Assembly: GCA_018667575.1 (NCBI GenBank)
Contig: JABIUA010000017.1
Coordinates: 1-62,634 of the forward strand
Direction of reading: 5' to 3'
Source of the DNA: Methanobacteriota archaeon
Lineage (GTDB): Archaea > Thermoplasmatota > Poseidoniia > Poseidoniales > Poseidoniaceae
DNA length: 62,634 bases
How positions within the stretch are numbered: the stretch's first letter is position 1; every line of letters begins with the position of its first letter. Of the stretch, positions 9,201-18,094 are shown one piece after another. The position numbers were made by a program, and so were the translations under genes. The notes beneath the pieces are model-generated. The model was not told the DNA's origin. It saw nothing but the letters and a program-made list of their open reading frames with translations, and ran no database searches.

Positions 9201-9966
9201 CCTGCTTGCTCTAAATAGAATAATTCTACGGAGTCATGGTGTTGGTTGCTTGGTAGTCGAAAATCCCCCCTCCCGAGGCGGTGATAATGTTCAAAAGTTG
9301 GACTCTGAAAGTATCACTCTTAGAGGTCTAACTGTTGGCTATGATGAGGCATTGGTCCTTGATATCAACAAGACAATATATCCCGGAGATACAATAGCAA
9401 TATTGGGTGCTTCAGGTATTGGAAAAACCACTTTGATGAGAACTATTGCCGGTTTAATTCGGCCATTATCGGGGGAGATTTTTCACGATTATCCTAGGAG
9501 AGGAGGAATTGGCTACATTCCTCAAAGATTAGGCCTAGTTAGACATTCTTCAGTTCGAAGTAATATTACTTTAGGCGCAAGAACGAGGAGATCAAAATGG
9601 TACCCATCGTGGTATCCTCTTGATAGTTCTCTAAAGGAAGACGTAGATAACGCAATGAAGGCATTGAAAATTGAAGATATTGCTGATGAGCCAGTTAGAA
9701 TTCTTTCCGGTGGTCAGCAAAGACGTGTGGCAATAGCAAGAACCCTTGTCCAAAGACCTAGAATAATACTTGCAGATGAGTTCTTAGGAGAACTGGATAA
9801 AGACAATGTAAAATCTATAATTACAGCAACTAAGAAAATAGTTGATGAAATTGGGGCCACATTAGTATTGATAGAGCATCACGAAGAGAGGGCTATTGAA
9901 ATCGCTGATAGAATTTGGAGAATAGTTGATAAAAAATTGATTGAAGAAGGTGATTCCAATCAATAA
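9175..9966 (+). CDS. ABC transporter ATP-binding protein, PhnC-like
   Basis: GASGIGKT, LSGGQQRRVAIAR, ILADE. True start is probably downstream (e.g. TTG 9298). Confidence 0.9.
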   Translation: MLKLLNRNDLLALNRIILRSHGVGCLVVENPPSRGGDNVQKLDSESITLRGLTVGYDEALVLDINKTIYPGDTIAILGASGIGKTTLMRTIAGLIRPLSGEIFHDYPRRGGIGYIPQRLGLVRHSSVRSNITLGARTRRSKWYPSWYPLDSSLKEDVDNAMKALKIEDIADEPVRILSGGQQRRVAIARTLVQRPRIILADEFLGELDKDNVKSIITATKKIVDEIGATLVLIEHHEERAIEIADRIWRIVDKKLIEEGDSNQ

Positions 9967-10882
9967 GAAATTAATTTTCTCAGGAATCTTATTGATTCTC
10001 ATCGCTTGGGTATTTATAGATGATTTAGTAGATGATTGGGGTCAGGTAGAAGGAGCTCCTGAGAAGTTGCAGACGTTTTTCACAGAAGATCTACTACCTC
10101 CAGATTGGTCAGTTTTAGAGGCTGAAGAGTGGTCTGATGGTTCATTACACAAACCCAATGGGGATATTTGTGATGAAAATTTTGAATTATTTTGTTCCAA
10201 GGCATGGACTGGAATGGTAGTGACAATTAAGATGGCTTTTGTTGCTACACTCGTGGGGTTTTTCTTTTCCATTCCACTCGCATCTTTAGCGGCAACAAAT
10301 ATGGCTCCACTTCCTATTGCAATACCCGCAAGAGTTGTACTTGCAGGACTTAGAAGCCTCCCAAGTATAATATGGGCTTTATTATTTGCAATTGCTTTAG
10401 GTTTTGGACCATTACCAGGAATTCTAGCAATGACGTTGTATACTATTGGTTACTTAGGAAAATTACAGTATGAAGCAATGGAAGGAGTTCATAATGCACC
10501 TTTAGAGTCTGGAATGGCAATGGGTCTTACTCATTCTGAACAATTATTCCATGTTGTAATTCCTGAGTCGAGTAATCATTTACTCAGTCAATTACTGTTT
10601 ATGTTCGAGTATAACGTAAGGCACGGAGCAGTGCTTGGATTAGTTGGTGCAGGCGGAATAGGAATGTATATCGACAATTACATCAATCCTCCATTTGATT
10701 ATAATAAGGCATTTGCATTACTAATTGTAGTATTCGTTGTAGTCGTAATTATTGATTTAATCTCTATGATGATTCGTTCCTTTGTTACCGAAGAAGGAGA
10801 TGTCAAGAGGCCTAAATGGTGGAGCGTAATATTACCACCTTCCATGGCAGTTGAAATGTACTCTGAATCAGAGGAAGAGTGA
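9941..10882 (+). CDS. ABC transporter permease, PhnE/PtxC-like
   Basis: RSLPSIIWALLF, GPLPGILA, FEYNVRH...LGLVGAGGIG are PhnE-type motifs. Confidence 0.9.
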   Translation: MKKVIPINKKLIFSGILLILIAWVFIDDLVDDWGQVEGAPEKLQTFFTEDLLPPDWSVLEAEEWSDGSLHKPNGDICDENFELFCSKAWTGMVVTIKMAFVATLVGFFFSIPLASLAATNMAPLPIAIPARVVLAGLRSLPSIIWALLFAIALGFGPLPGILAMTLYTIGYLGKLQYEAMEGVHNAPLESGMAMGLTHSEQLFHVVIPESSNHLLSQLLFMFEYNVRHGAVLGLVGAGGIGMYIDNYINPPFDYNKAFALLIVVFVVVVIIDLISMMIRSFVTEEGDVKRPKWWSVILPPSMAVEMYSESEEE

Positions 10883-10885
10883 AAA

Positions 10886-11101
10886 TTATTCTGCAGCAAT
10901 ATGCAGAGTTCCTTCTTTGTAGAATACTTGAATTCGGTCAGGGACCTTCTTTGTTAAGGCAGCCACTGCTTCATATATTTCGTCTTTTTTTACCTTGAAC
11001 GCCTTTGCAGCATCAGAGGTTGACCAAGGCATTGTGTGGAAATCAGATTGTCTAATCCATTCGAATAAGCGTGCCTCCAGTTCGCTTAACTCCTCCGCCA
11101 T
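10886..11101 (-). CDS. Small hypothetical protein, possible winged helix
   Basis: 71 aa from ATG 11101 (MAEELSELEARLFEWIRQ...); helix-helix-helix-beta-hairpin-like pattern. Confidence 0.65.
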   Translation of the reverse strand: MAEELSELEARLFEWIRQSDFHTMPWSTSDAAKAFKVKKDEIYEAVAALTKKVPDRIQVFYKEGTLHIAAE

Positions 11102-11149
11102 GTGAGTGGGGATGTAGTTCCCCCTCAAAATAACACCGACTGTCAATTT

Positions 11150-12148
11150 CTAATTCAGAGCGACAATTCTTCGACAACATTCTTCAGCATCTATGTCGCC
11201 ATCCAGTAAAGTATTGATGGCTTTTGTGAATGGCGTACTAATATTCTCATCCTCAGCACGTCGAATAAACATTCTAGCAGCTCTGACTCCTTCGGCAACC
11301 ATGTGCATTTCTTCCAAGGCTTGTTCTAGTGTCAGTCCAGTTCCTAATTTTTCACCCATGCTTCTATTTCTTCCATAGGGGGATGTCGCTGTAACATAGA
11401 GGTCACCAAGTCCAGCAGGTCCGAAAGCAACTTCCGCTTTTGCACCTAGCAGAGGTAGTAAAATACAGCCTTCTTTGAATCCAGCCATGAAAATAGCAGC
11501 TTTCAGGTTGTCTCCTCCAAGACTTCCTTTGGCCTTTAGACCGTCTACTAAGCCACAAGTTAGTGCGACAACATTCTTGAAAGCACCCCACAATTCAGCA
11601 CCGGCAGGATCAGAGGCTGGGTGAAGAATAAAAGTTTGAGTAGTCAGAGTTTCAGCTAATTTCTCAGCAACAGATTCATCTTCACTGGCAACTAGTGCAG
11701 TAGTCATTACACCACTTGCAGCTTCAGGAGCAATTGTTGGACCAGTCACAACGGCGAGAGGATTGTTCATATTTGCTTCTTTCAACTTCGTATTGATCGC
11801 TTCAGATATCAATCTCTTACCAGGGGCAAGTCCCTTCGCTAAATCAATTAATACATGGCCAGGTCGCAAATGAGGCAATACGTCATCCATAACATCCAAG
11901 ATGACAGATGAAGGAACTGCAAGTACGACAATTTCCACACCCTCGAGAGCTTCATTGATGTGCATGGTCACTTCAAGTCCTTCAACAGAGTGCTCAGGTA
12001 AATATTTCTTATTTATCTGGTCCATCGTTATAGATTCGTAAACTTCTTGTTCGATAGTCCAACCTTTTACTTTGTGACCATCAAGTAACCACATTCTTGC
12101 AACCGCTGTACCCCAGTTGCCCAATCCCAAAATCGCAATATGTGCCAT
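11150..12148 (-). CDS. gpsA: NAD(P)H-dependent glycerol-3-phosphate dehydrogenase
   Basis: GLGNWGTA, AKGL, GPTIAPE, GAFKNVVA, AGLGDLYVT, SPYGRNRSMG, VAEGV. Confidence 0.93.
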   Translation of the reverse strand: MAHIAILGLGNWGTAVARMWLLDGHKVKGWTIEQEVYESITMDQINKKYLPEHSVEGLEVTMHINEALEGVEIVVLAVPSSVILDVMDDVLPHLRPGHVLIDLAKGLAPGKRLISEAINTKLKEANMNNPLAVVTGPTIAPEAASGVMTTALVASEDESVAEKLAETLTTQTFILHPASDPAGAELWGAFKNVVALTCGLVDGLKAKGSLGGDNLKAAIFMAGFKEGCILLPLLGAKAEVAFGPAGLGDLYVTATSPYGRNRSMGEKLGTGLTLEQALEEMHMVAEGVRAARMFIRRAEDENISTPFTKAINTLLDGDIDAEECCRRIVALN

Positions 12149-12244
12149 ATGACCAAGCCTTACGCTAATCACTTCACTTATGTTAGTTGCCGATGATTAG
12201 AAGAAAATATTGGTAGTTTGGAGGTCGAATGGGAAGTGCGATGC

Positions 12245-13402
12245 TCAAAACAAGTCGTCATCATCTTCTTCGAAATCGAAAACATCACTATTTTCTTCTT
12301 TCTTCTTGCCGTCAGCCTTTTTCTTAGATTTTGAATCTTTTTTGGCTGGTTTTTCGACCACTTTTTCTTCAACTTTTGGAGTTTCCTCGACAGGAGTCTC
12401 TTCTTTGACTGCGCTGAGTTTTGCCTGTTCAACTTCATTACCAGCAATTCCCTCAAAGGATTTACCGGCTTGAGCAGATAGAGACCTTCGACGATCTTCT
12501 CGGGCTTTACGCTCAAGTTGCTTATGTCTTGACTTTTCGATATTTTGTAACATATACATAGCATCGTGCTCGAGAAGAGGTGAATCTGAAATCAAAGTAA
12601 TGTCTAACCATCCACCATCTTCGACAATAAATTCTGCCAAAGGTTCGAAATTTAGGTCGGACTTCTTGATTTGAGTATAATGCATTGCATTACCAGTTCG
12701 ATGCTCGACACCAGAAAAGTGACAATAGAATTCTTTGGTTCCAATAGTTTCCCTAACTTGGTCAAATAACTCTCCATAATCTTCGGAGGTACGCATTTTC
12801 CCGTGTCCCCTAGAATGTATATGGGCGATATTTAGCACAGGGATAGTTCCTTCTACGTGATTTACAACTTCTAGTACTTCTTCTAGACTTCCCCATAATT
12901 CTTGTCGGCCAGATGTTTCGATACCTATTTTAGATGGAGTTCCATCTTTTAGCCAAGGAAATACTGGATAAATATCCTCATCATCATGCCAAATTTCGGC
13001 AACTCTGTCAACAATTCCAGAGAATACATTGGCTAATTGCTCATTTGCATCTCGGCCACGGCCCATCTCTCCATAATGTCCGGCATGCAGAGTGATGTGT
13101 CTAGCATTGATGGTTTTAGCAGCCTGAAGAGTTGATTCAATTTTTGTTAATGAGCGTCCTCTTTCCACTTTATTCCCCAATAGTTCTGAGTAGTAAGGTC
13201 CGTGGATATTCATTTCGAAGTTTGTTTTATTGGCTAATACTCCTGCTTGCCAATATTGTTCAAAGTGCTGTGGTGCAATCATACGGACTGTTTGGACTTC
13301 CATAGTCTCTAGTCCTAGGGAGATAATATCGTCCATTCCTTCAACAATCGTTCTTCCTTTACAAGATAAAGGAATACCGGCTGGACCTAATTTAACTGGC
13401 AT
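12245..13402 (-). CDS. nfo: Endonuclease IV-like AP endonuclease (TIM barrel) with charged C-terminal tail
   Basis: GPAGIP, HGPYY, LHAGHY, GIETSG, HIHSR, HFSG match the archaeal EndoIV pattern. Confidence 0.8.
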   Translation of the reverse strand: MPVKLGPAGIPLSCKGRTIVEGMDDIISLGLETMEVQTVRMIAPQHFEQYWQAGVLANKTNFEMNIHGPYYSELLGNKVERGRSLTKIESTLQAAKTINARHITLHAGHYGEMGRGRDANEQLANVFSGIVDRVAEIWHDDEDIYPVFPWLKDGTPSKIGIETSGRQELWGSLEEVLEVVNHVEGTIPVLNIAHIHSRGHGKMRTSEDYGELFDQVRETIGTKEFYCHFSGVEHRTGNAMHYTQIKKSDLNFEPLAEFIVEDGGWLDITLISDSPLLEHDAMYMLQNIEKSRHKQLERKAREDRRRSLSAQAGKSFEGIAGNEVEQAKLSAVKEETPVEETPKVEEKVVEKPAKKDSKSKKKADGKKKEENSDVFDFEEDDDDLF

Positions 13403-13545
13403 TCACAACCCCCCGCAGGTTCAACCCAAGGGTCGTCCTATCATAACACCTTTCCGTCGAATGCTCAAAAAAACCTCTGAAATTCATTATTATCGTATTA
13501 TGAATATATGCGACAGTTCATGAAGAAGTTATACGACCGATAGAC

Positions 13546-14259
13546 ATGAGCGATGAAATTTCTGCTGCAATTGAAGCCTTTTCCAAAGGTCTTCCAGTTT
13601 GTCTATTTGATTCAGAAAAGAGGGAAGGAGAGACCGACCTTCTATTCTCCGGGCAGTATGCTCAGCCTAGTACCATGAGGCAATTAAGGCAAGAATGTGG
13701 TGGATTACTTTTCTTAGCGATTGGAGATGAAGTTGGTGAACTGTATTCTCTTCCATTTTTACAAGATTTACACACTCATCCGGAATTGACTAATCAATAC
13801 ACGGTTTTGAAGCAACTTATCACCAATGATTTACAATATGACGCTCGTTCAGCCTTCACCTTATCAATAAACCATAGAGATACATACACAGGAATTACTG
13901 ATAAAGATAGGGCGTTAACCACAAGGAGATTTGCCGAACTGACTAAAGAGTTATTACTATCTCAGGTGAGTCTTGCTGATGCTCAAAAATCCCTCGGTGA
14001 AGAGTTTAGAACCCCAGGGCATATACCGGTTTGTAGAGAAGCAAAAGGTGGGCTCAGTGTCCGTCAAGGACATACCGAATTAGCAGTCGGACTAGCTAGA
14101 CTTTCCGGTACTACTCCTGTCGTTATCGGGGCAGAGATGTTACAATCAGATGGGGATAATGCTCTTTCTGTTGAAGACGCTAGAACTTGGGCCGAGCAAA
14201 GAGGGATTCCTTTTCTACACGGAATTGATATTATCAACGCGCTGAATAATGATAACTAA
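13546..14259 (+). CDS. ribB: 3,4-dihydroxy-2-butanone-4-phosphate synthase
   Basis: DSEKREGETD, TGITDKDRALT, FRTPGH, RQGHTE. Confidence 0.95.
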   Translation: MSDEISAAIEAFSKGLPVCLFDSEKREGETDLLFSGQYAQPSTMRQLRQECGGLLFLAIGDEVGELYSLPFLQDLHTHPELTNQYTVLKQLITNDLQYDARSAFTLSINHRDTYTGITDKDRALTTRRFAELTKELLLSQVSLADAQKSLGEEFRTPGHIPVCREAKGGLSVRQGHTELAVGLARLSGTTPVVIGAEMLQSDGDNALSVEDARTWAEQRGIPFLHGIDIINALNNDN

Positions 14260-14310
14260 CTTCCGACAAGATGATGTGTAATATTAGAATCAGAGATTTG
14301 GGGTGGGAAC

Positions 14311-14745
14311 ATGAAGCGAATTATGGCAGTTGGTGTTTTTGATTTACTCCATGCTGGGCATCTTCATTATCTCGAGCAGGCTAAAGCGCTTGGTCATCAC
14401 CTTACAGTAGTAATTGCTCATGATGATACAGTACGTGTCAGAAAACACGAACCAGTAACAAATCATGATCTAAGACGGCGTATGGTAGAAGGATTGAAGC
14501 CAGTAGACGATGCAATTATCGGTAACCCTCCAGAAGTTCCAATTTTTGATATTCTACCCATTGTAAAGCCAGATATAATCGCTCTTGGTTATGACCAAGA
14601 GCATGCCGAAGAATCAATTAATAGAAAATTGGAAAAACTAGGCTACCAAGAAATCCAAGTTGTAAGAGTAGAAGGATTATCTGAAGATTTAGATGGAACA
14701 AGGAAAATTATCGCAAGAATTCTAGACTTGTCGCAAAAGAAGTGA
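14311..14745 (+). CDS. ribL: Archaeal FAD synthetase (cytidylyltransferase fold)
   Basis: GVFDLLHAGH (HxGH), KPDIIALGYDQ; lies within the rib cluster. Confidence 0.88.
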   Translation: MKRIMAVGVFDLLHAGHLHYLEQAKALGHHLTVVIAHDDTVRVRKHEPVTNHDLRRRMVEGLKPVDDAIIGNPPEVPIFDILPIVKPDIIALGYDQEHAEESINRKLEKLGYQEIQVVRVEGLSEDLDGTRKIIARILDLSQKK

Positions 14746-14754
14746 GTTGAAAAT

Positions 14755-15354
14755 ATGTTTACTGGAATCGTTCAAGGCACTGGTAAAATTATCGAAGTTA
14801 TTGAAGGCGAGACTATCAGGAGTTTCAAAATCCAAGTGCCAAATACAGAATCACTTGAAATTGGCGCCAGTATTTCAGTAGATGGTGTTTGCTTGACAGC
14901 AACATCAATTGAAAATAAAATAGTCTCATTCGATGTAATTCAAGAGACTCTTAAACGGACTACTTTGGGTCAACTTGAGGTAGGTGAAACAGTAAATATC
15001 GAGCGTTCGCTAAAATTTGGTGATGAAATTGGAGGTCATCTATTATCTGGACACATTATGGCAACAGGAATTGTTAATGAAAAATCAGAATCTGGAGAAG
15101 GAATGGATTTTACTATATTAGCGCCTCTTTCTATAGAAAAATACCTACTCGAAAAAGGGTATGTGGCAATCGATGGAATCTCTTTGACAATAGGTGACGT
15201 AAACAATTCAAGATTTAATCTACATATAATCCCTGAGACCATGCGCCAAACTACGATTGCCTCTAAGCAAGTAGGAGATGCTGTAAATATTGAGATTGAT
15301 TCTACCACTCAAACGATAGTTTCAACAGTAGAAAGAATGACCAGGAAAAATTGA
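14755..15354 (+). CDS. ribE: Riboflavin synthase, bacterial alpha-chain type
   Basis: N-terminal MFTGIV; GVCLT, GGHLLSGH, DGISLT, VNIEID. Confidence 0.95.
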   Translation: MFTGIVQGTGKIIEVIEGETIRSFKIQVPNTESLEIGASISVDGVCLTATSIENKIVSFDVIQETLKRTTLGQLEVGETVNIERSLKFGDEIGGHLLSGHIMATGIVNEKSESGEGMDFTILAPLSIEKYLLEKGYVAIDGISLTIGDVNNSRFNLHIIPETMRQTTIASKQVGDAVNIEIDSTTQTIVSTVERMTRKN

Positions 15355-15368
15355 ACAGAGATGATACG

Positions 15369-15767
15369 ATGAATAGTAGAATTGCGGTTATATGTGGCTC
15401 TTTCCATAATAAAGAAATGAAGCAAATGCTTGCTTGGGCTAAAGAAGAAGCCAAGAATCACTCTCTTGAATTACTTGAAGAGATATGGGTTCCAGGTTCC
15501 ATGGAAGTGCCTCTCGCACTAGAACGAAATTGCCTTTTATCAGATGTTGATGGTGCCATTTGTCTTGGAATTATCGAGAAGGGAGAAACTAAGCATGGTT
15601 TGGCTATGGGTCAAGCAGTCATCAAGAGTATCATAGAGATACAATTGAAACATAACAAACCAATCGGACTAGGCATTATTGGACCAGGTGCTGAGCCAAA
15701 GCATATCCAGCCACGTCTTGAATCACATGCTAGGGCAGCAGTTTCGGCGGTTGCAAAAATGCTTTAA
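15369..15767 (+). CDS. ribH: 6,7-dimethyl-8-ribityllumazine synthase
   Basis: VPGSMEVP, CLGIIEKGETKH, PIGLGIIGPG. Confidence 0.93.
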   Translation: MNSRIAVICGSFHNKEMKQMLAWAKEEAKNHSLELLEEIWVPGSMEVPLALERNCLLSDVDGAICLGIIEKGETKHGLAMGQAVIKSIIEIQLKHNKPIGLGIIGPGAEPKHIQPRLESHARAAVSAVAKML

Positions 15768-15852
15768 TTTATTTAATTTTTATAAATTTTATAATTTTTT
15801 GATGTAAATGTTCAAGAGGCTTGTTCTGCCTGTTTAGCATGTGGGCGATAAA

Positions 15853-16782
15853 ATGTCAGATGTACGTAACGTGATTATCATTGGTTCGGGTCCAGCCGGT
15901 TATACTGCTGGATTATATGCAGCCAGAGCTATGCTTGAACCTCTAATGTTTGGAGGATATTTGACTGGTGGTCAACTAATGCTAACTTCAGATATTGAAA
16001 ATTTCCCTGGCTACCCACAAGGAATAGGTGGCCCGGAAATGATGATTCAACTTAGAGAGCAAGCAGAAAGGTTTGGATTAGAAGTTCAAGACCGTAATGT
16101 AGAATCTGTTGATCTTTCTCAAAGACCTTACAAGGTAACTGTAGAAGGTGAAGAGTTCCTGGCCCACTCAATTATTATTTCAACAGGCGCCGAATCAATT
16201 TGGCTGAATGCTGAAGGAGAAGCGGAACAAAAAGGCCGTGGAATCTCAACATGTGCTACCTGTGATGGAGCATTCTTTAGAGATGAAGAGGTATTGGTCA
16301 TTGGCGGTGGAGATTCTGCTTGTGAGGAAGCCACTTTCCTCACTAGGTTTGCATCAAAAGTTACATTACTTCACCGCAGGGATGTTTTCAAGGCATCGAC
16401 AATAATGTATGATAGAGCGGCTAACAATGATAAAATAGAGATTAAAACCTTCCGTCAAGTTAAGAAATGGCTCTCCGATGAAAAGGGATTAACTGGTGCA
16501 ATTATAGAAGACCCAAGAGATGGTTCAACAGAGGAGATTAGTGCTACTGGGGCATTTATTGCTATAGGACATAAACCGATGACATCATTTTTGGGCGACC
16601 AGATTGAAACAGACAAAGAAGGCTATATAGTGCATAAAAAGCATACAATGACTTCCGTTGAAGGTGTTTTTGCTGCCGGAGATGTTGTTGATACCCGATA
16701 CAAGCAAGCCATTACTGCTGCCGGAATGGGTTGCCAAGCAGCAATGGATGCTGAAAAGTGGCTTGAAGAGAACGCCCATTGA
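15853..16782 (+). CDS. trxB: Thioredoxin reductase
   Basis: GSGPAG, CATCDG, GGGDSACEEA, FAAGDV. Confidence 0.96.
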   Translation: MSDVRNVIIIGSGPAGYTAGLYAARAMLEPLMFGGYLTGGQLMLTSDIENFPGYPQGIGGPEMMIQLREQAERFGLEVQDRNVESVDLSQRPYKVTVEGEEFLAHSIIISTGAESIWLNAEGEAEQKGRGISTCATCDGAFFRDEEVLVIGGGDSACEEATFLTRFASKVTLLHRRDVFKASTIMYDRAANNDKIEIKTFRQVKKWLSDEKGLTGAIIEDPRDGSTEEISATGAFIAIGHKPMTSFLGDQIETDKEGYIVHKKHTMTSVEGVFAAGDVVDTRYKQAITAAGMGCQAAMDAEKWLEENAH

Positions 16783-16832
16783 TTAACGATTTTAGCCGGC
16801 GCTTTGATGAAATAGCGCCCTCTGGGTTGTAC

Positions 16833-17999
16833 ATGGTCGACATAAATCGCTATGCAAGGCATATTTCTTTGCCGCAAATAGGTTTGGAAGGCCAAAAAAC
16901 CATTTCAGGCTCGAAGGTTTTAGTCATTGGAGCAGGTGGTTTAGGTAGCCCTGTAATATTGTATCTTGCAGCGGCAGGCGTTGGTAAGATCGGAATCATT
17001 GATTTTGATAATGTAGATATTTCTAATCTTCAAAGACAGGTCATACATTCTACTTCCGAAGTAGGTCAGAATAAGGCTGAGTCCGCCAAAATGCGCGTTA
17101 CAGCACTTAATCCAGAAGTTGAAGTAGAGATTTGGAAAGACCGCCTCACTCCTGAAAATGGTATGGAAATTTTTGGAGGAAACTGGGATATTATTGTTGA
17201 TGGAACTGATAATCTTCCAACTAGGTACTTGATTGACGACCTTTGTAGCATTTTGAATATCCCGTGGGTCTATGGTTCAATATATCGTTTTGAGGGCCAA
17301 GTGAGTGTCTTTAATTTCAATGATGGCCCAAATTATAGGGATTTATTCCCCGAGGCTCCGCCATCAGAAAGTATACCTTCTTGTGCAGAAGGTGGAGTAT
17401 TAGGAGTATTACCCGGTGTTATCGGTTCAATTCAAGCCACTGAAGCGATTAAAGCCATTACAGGAGTGGGGTCAATATTATCGGGAAAGTTACTAATTTA
17501 CGATGCTGAAAATATGGATTTTAATAGATTGAACTTCCAAAAATCGGATGATAGAATTATAATTCAAGACTTATCTTTAGCTATGGAAATGTTTGTCGAC
17601 GAAGGTTGGTGTCAGAGCGGTTCGCAACAGAATGACCGAGAAATTCAAGAACTAAGTTCTACTGAGCAGAACAGTATGTTCCAAAATATTACTCCAGCAG
17701 AATGCGTGAAAAGACGCAATGAAGGGTGGACTCCATTTCTATTAGATGTTCGATCGGACCTCGAATATGAACAGGTTAGAATTTCTTTTACCGACATGCA
17801 AATAGCCCATGATGAGGTATTATCCATTGCTTCATCATTACCTAAAGATAGAGAGATCTTACTCTTATGCAGAAGCGGTATGCGTTCACAAATAGCCGCA
17901 TTATTTTTGATAGATTCCGGTTTTGACGGGAGTAAATTATTCAATATAGAAGGAGGAATTCTTTCATGGAGCCAAACTTCACCTTCGGATATAGAATAA
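16833..17999 (+). CDS. moeB: MoeB/ThiF adenylyltransferase with C-terminal rhodanese domain (MoeZ/UbaA-like)
   Basis: RYARH, GAGGLG, SNLQRQ, PSCAEGGVLG; rhodanese CRSGMRS. Confidence 0.9.
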   Translation: MVDINRYARHISLPQIGLEGQKTISGSKVLVIGAGGLGSPVILYLAAAGVGKIGIIDFDNVDISNLQRQVIHSTSEVGQNKAESAKMRVTALNPEVEVEIWKDRLTPENGMEIFGGNWDIIVDGTDNLPTRYLIDDLCSILNIPWVYGSIYRFEGQVSVFNFNDGPNYRDLFPEAPPSESIPSCAEGGVLGVLPGVIGSIQATEAIKAITGVGSILSGKLLIYDAENMDFNRLNFQKSDDRIIIQDLSLAMEMFVDEGWCQSGSQQNDREIQELSSTEQNSMFQNITPAECVKRRNEGWTPFLLDVRSDLEYEQVRISFTDMQIAHDEVLSIASSLPKDREILLLCRSGMRSQIAALFLIDSGFDGSKLFNIEGGILSWSQTSPSDIE

Positions 18000-18094
18000 T
18001 CCGTTATTCATTACCATCCGAATTTTACGGCCCATTAGGTTCGAATTATACATGAGGTTCAAATGTTTAAGGCATTTATGACAACTATCGGGGG

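Noticed and set aside
6984..10882. Plain phosphonate transporter (phnDCE) annotation
   Set aside because: The binding protein has transferrin motifs and Fe ligands, the neighbours and operators point to iron, and no phosphonate catabolism genes are in the window. Not formally excluded without assays.
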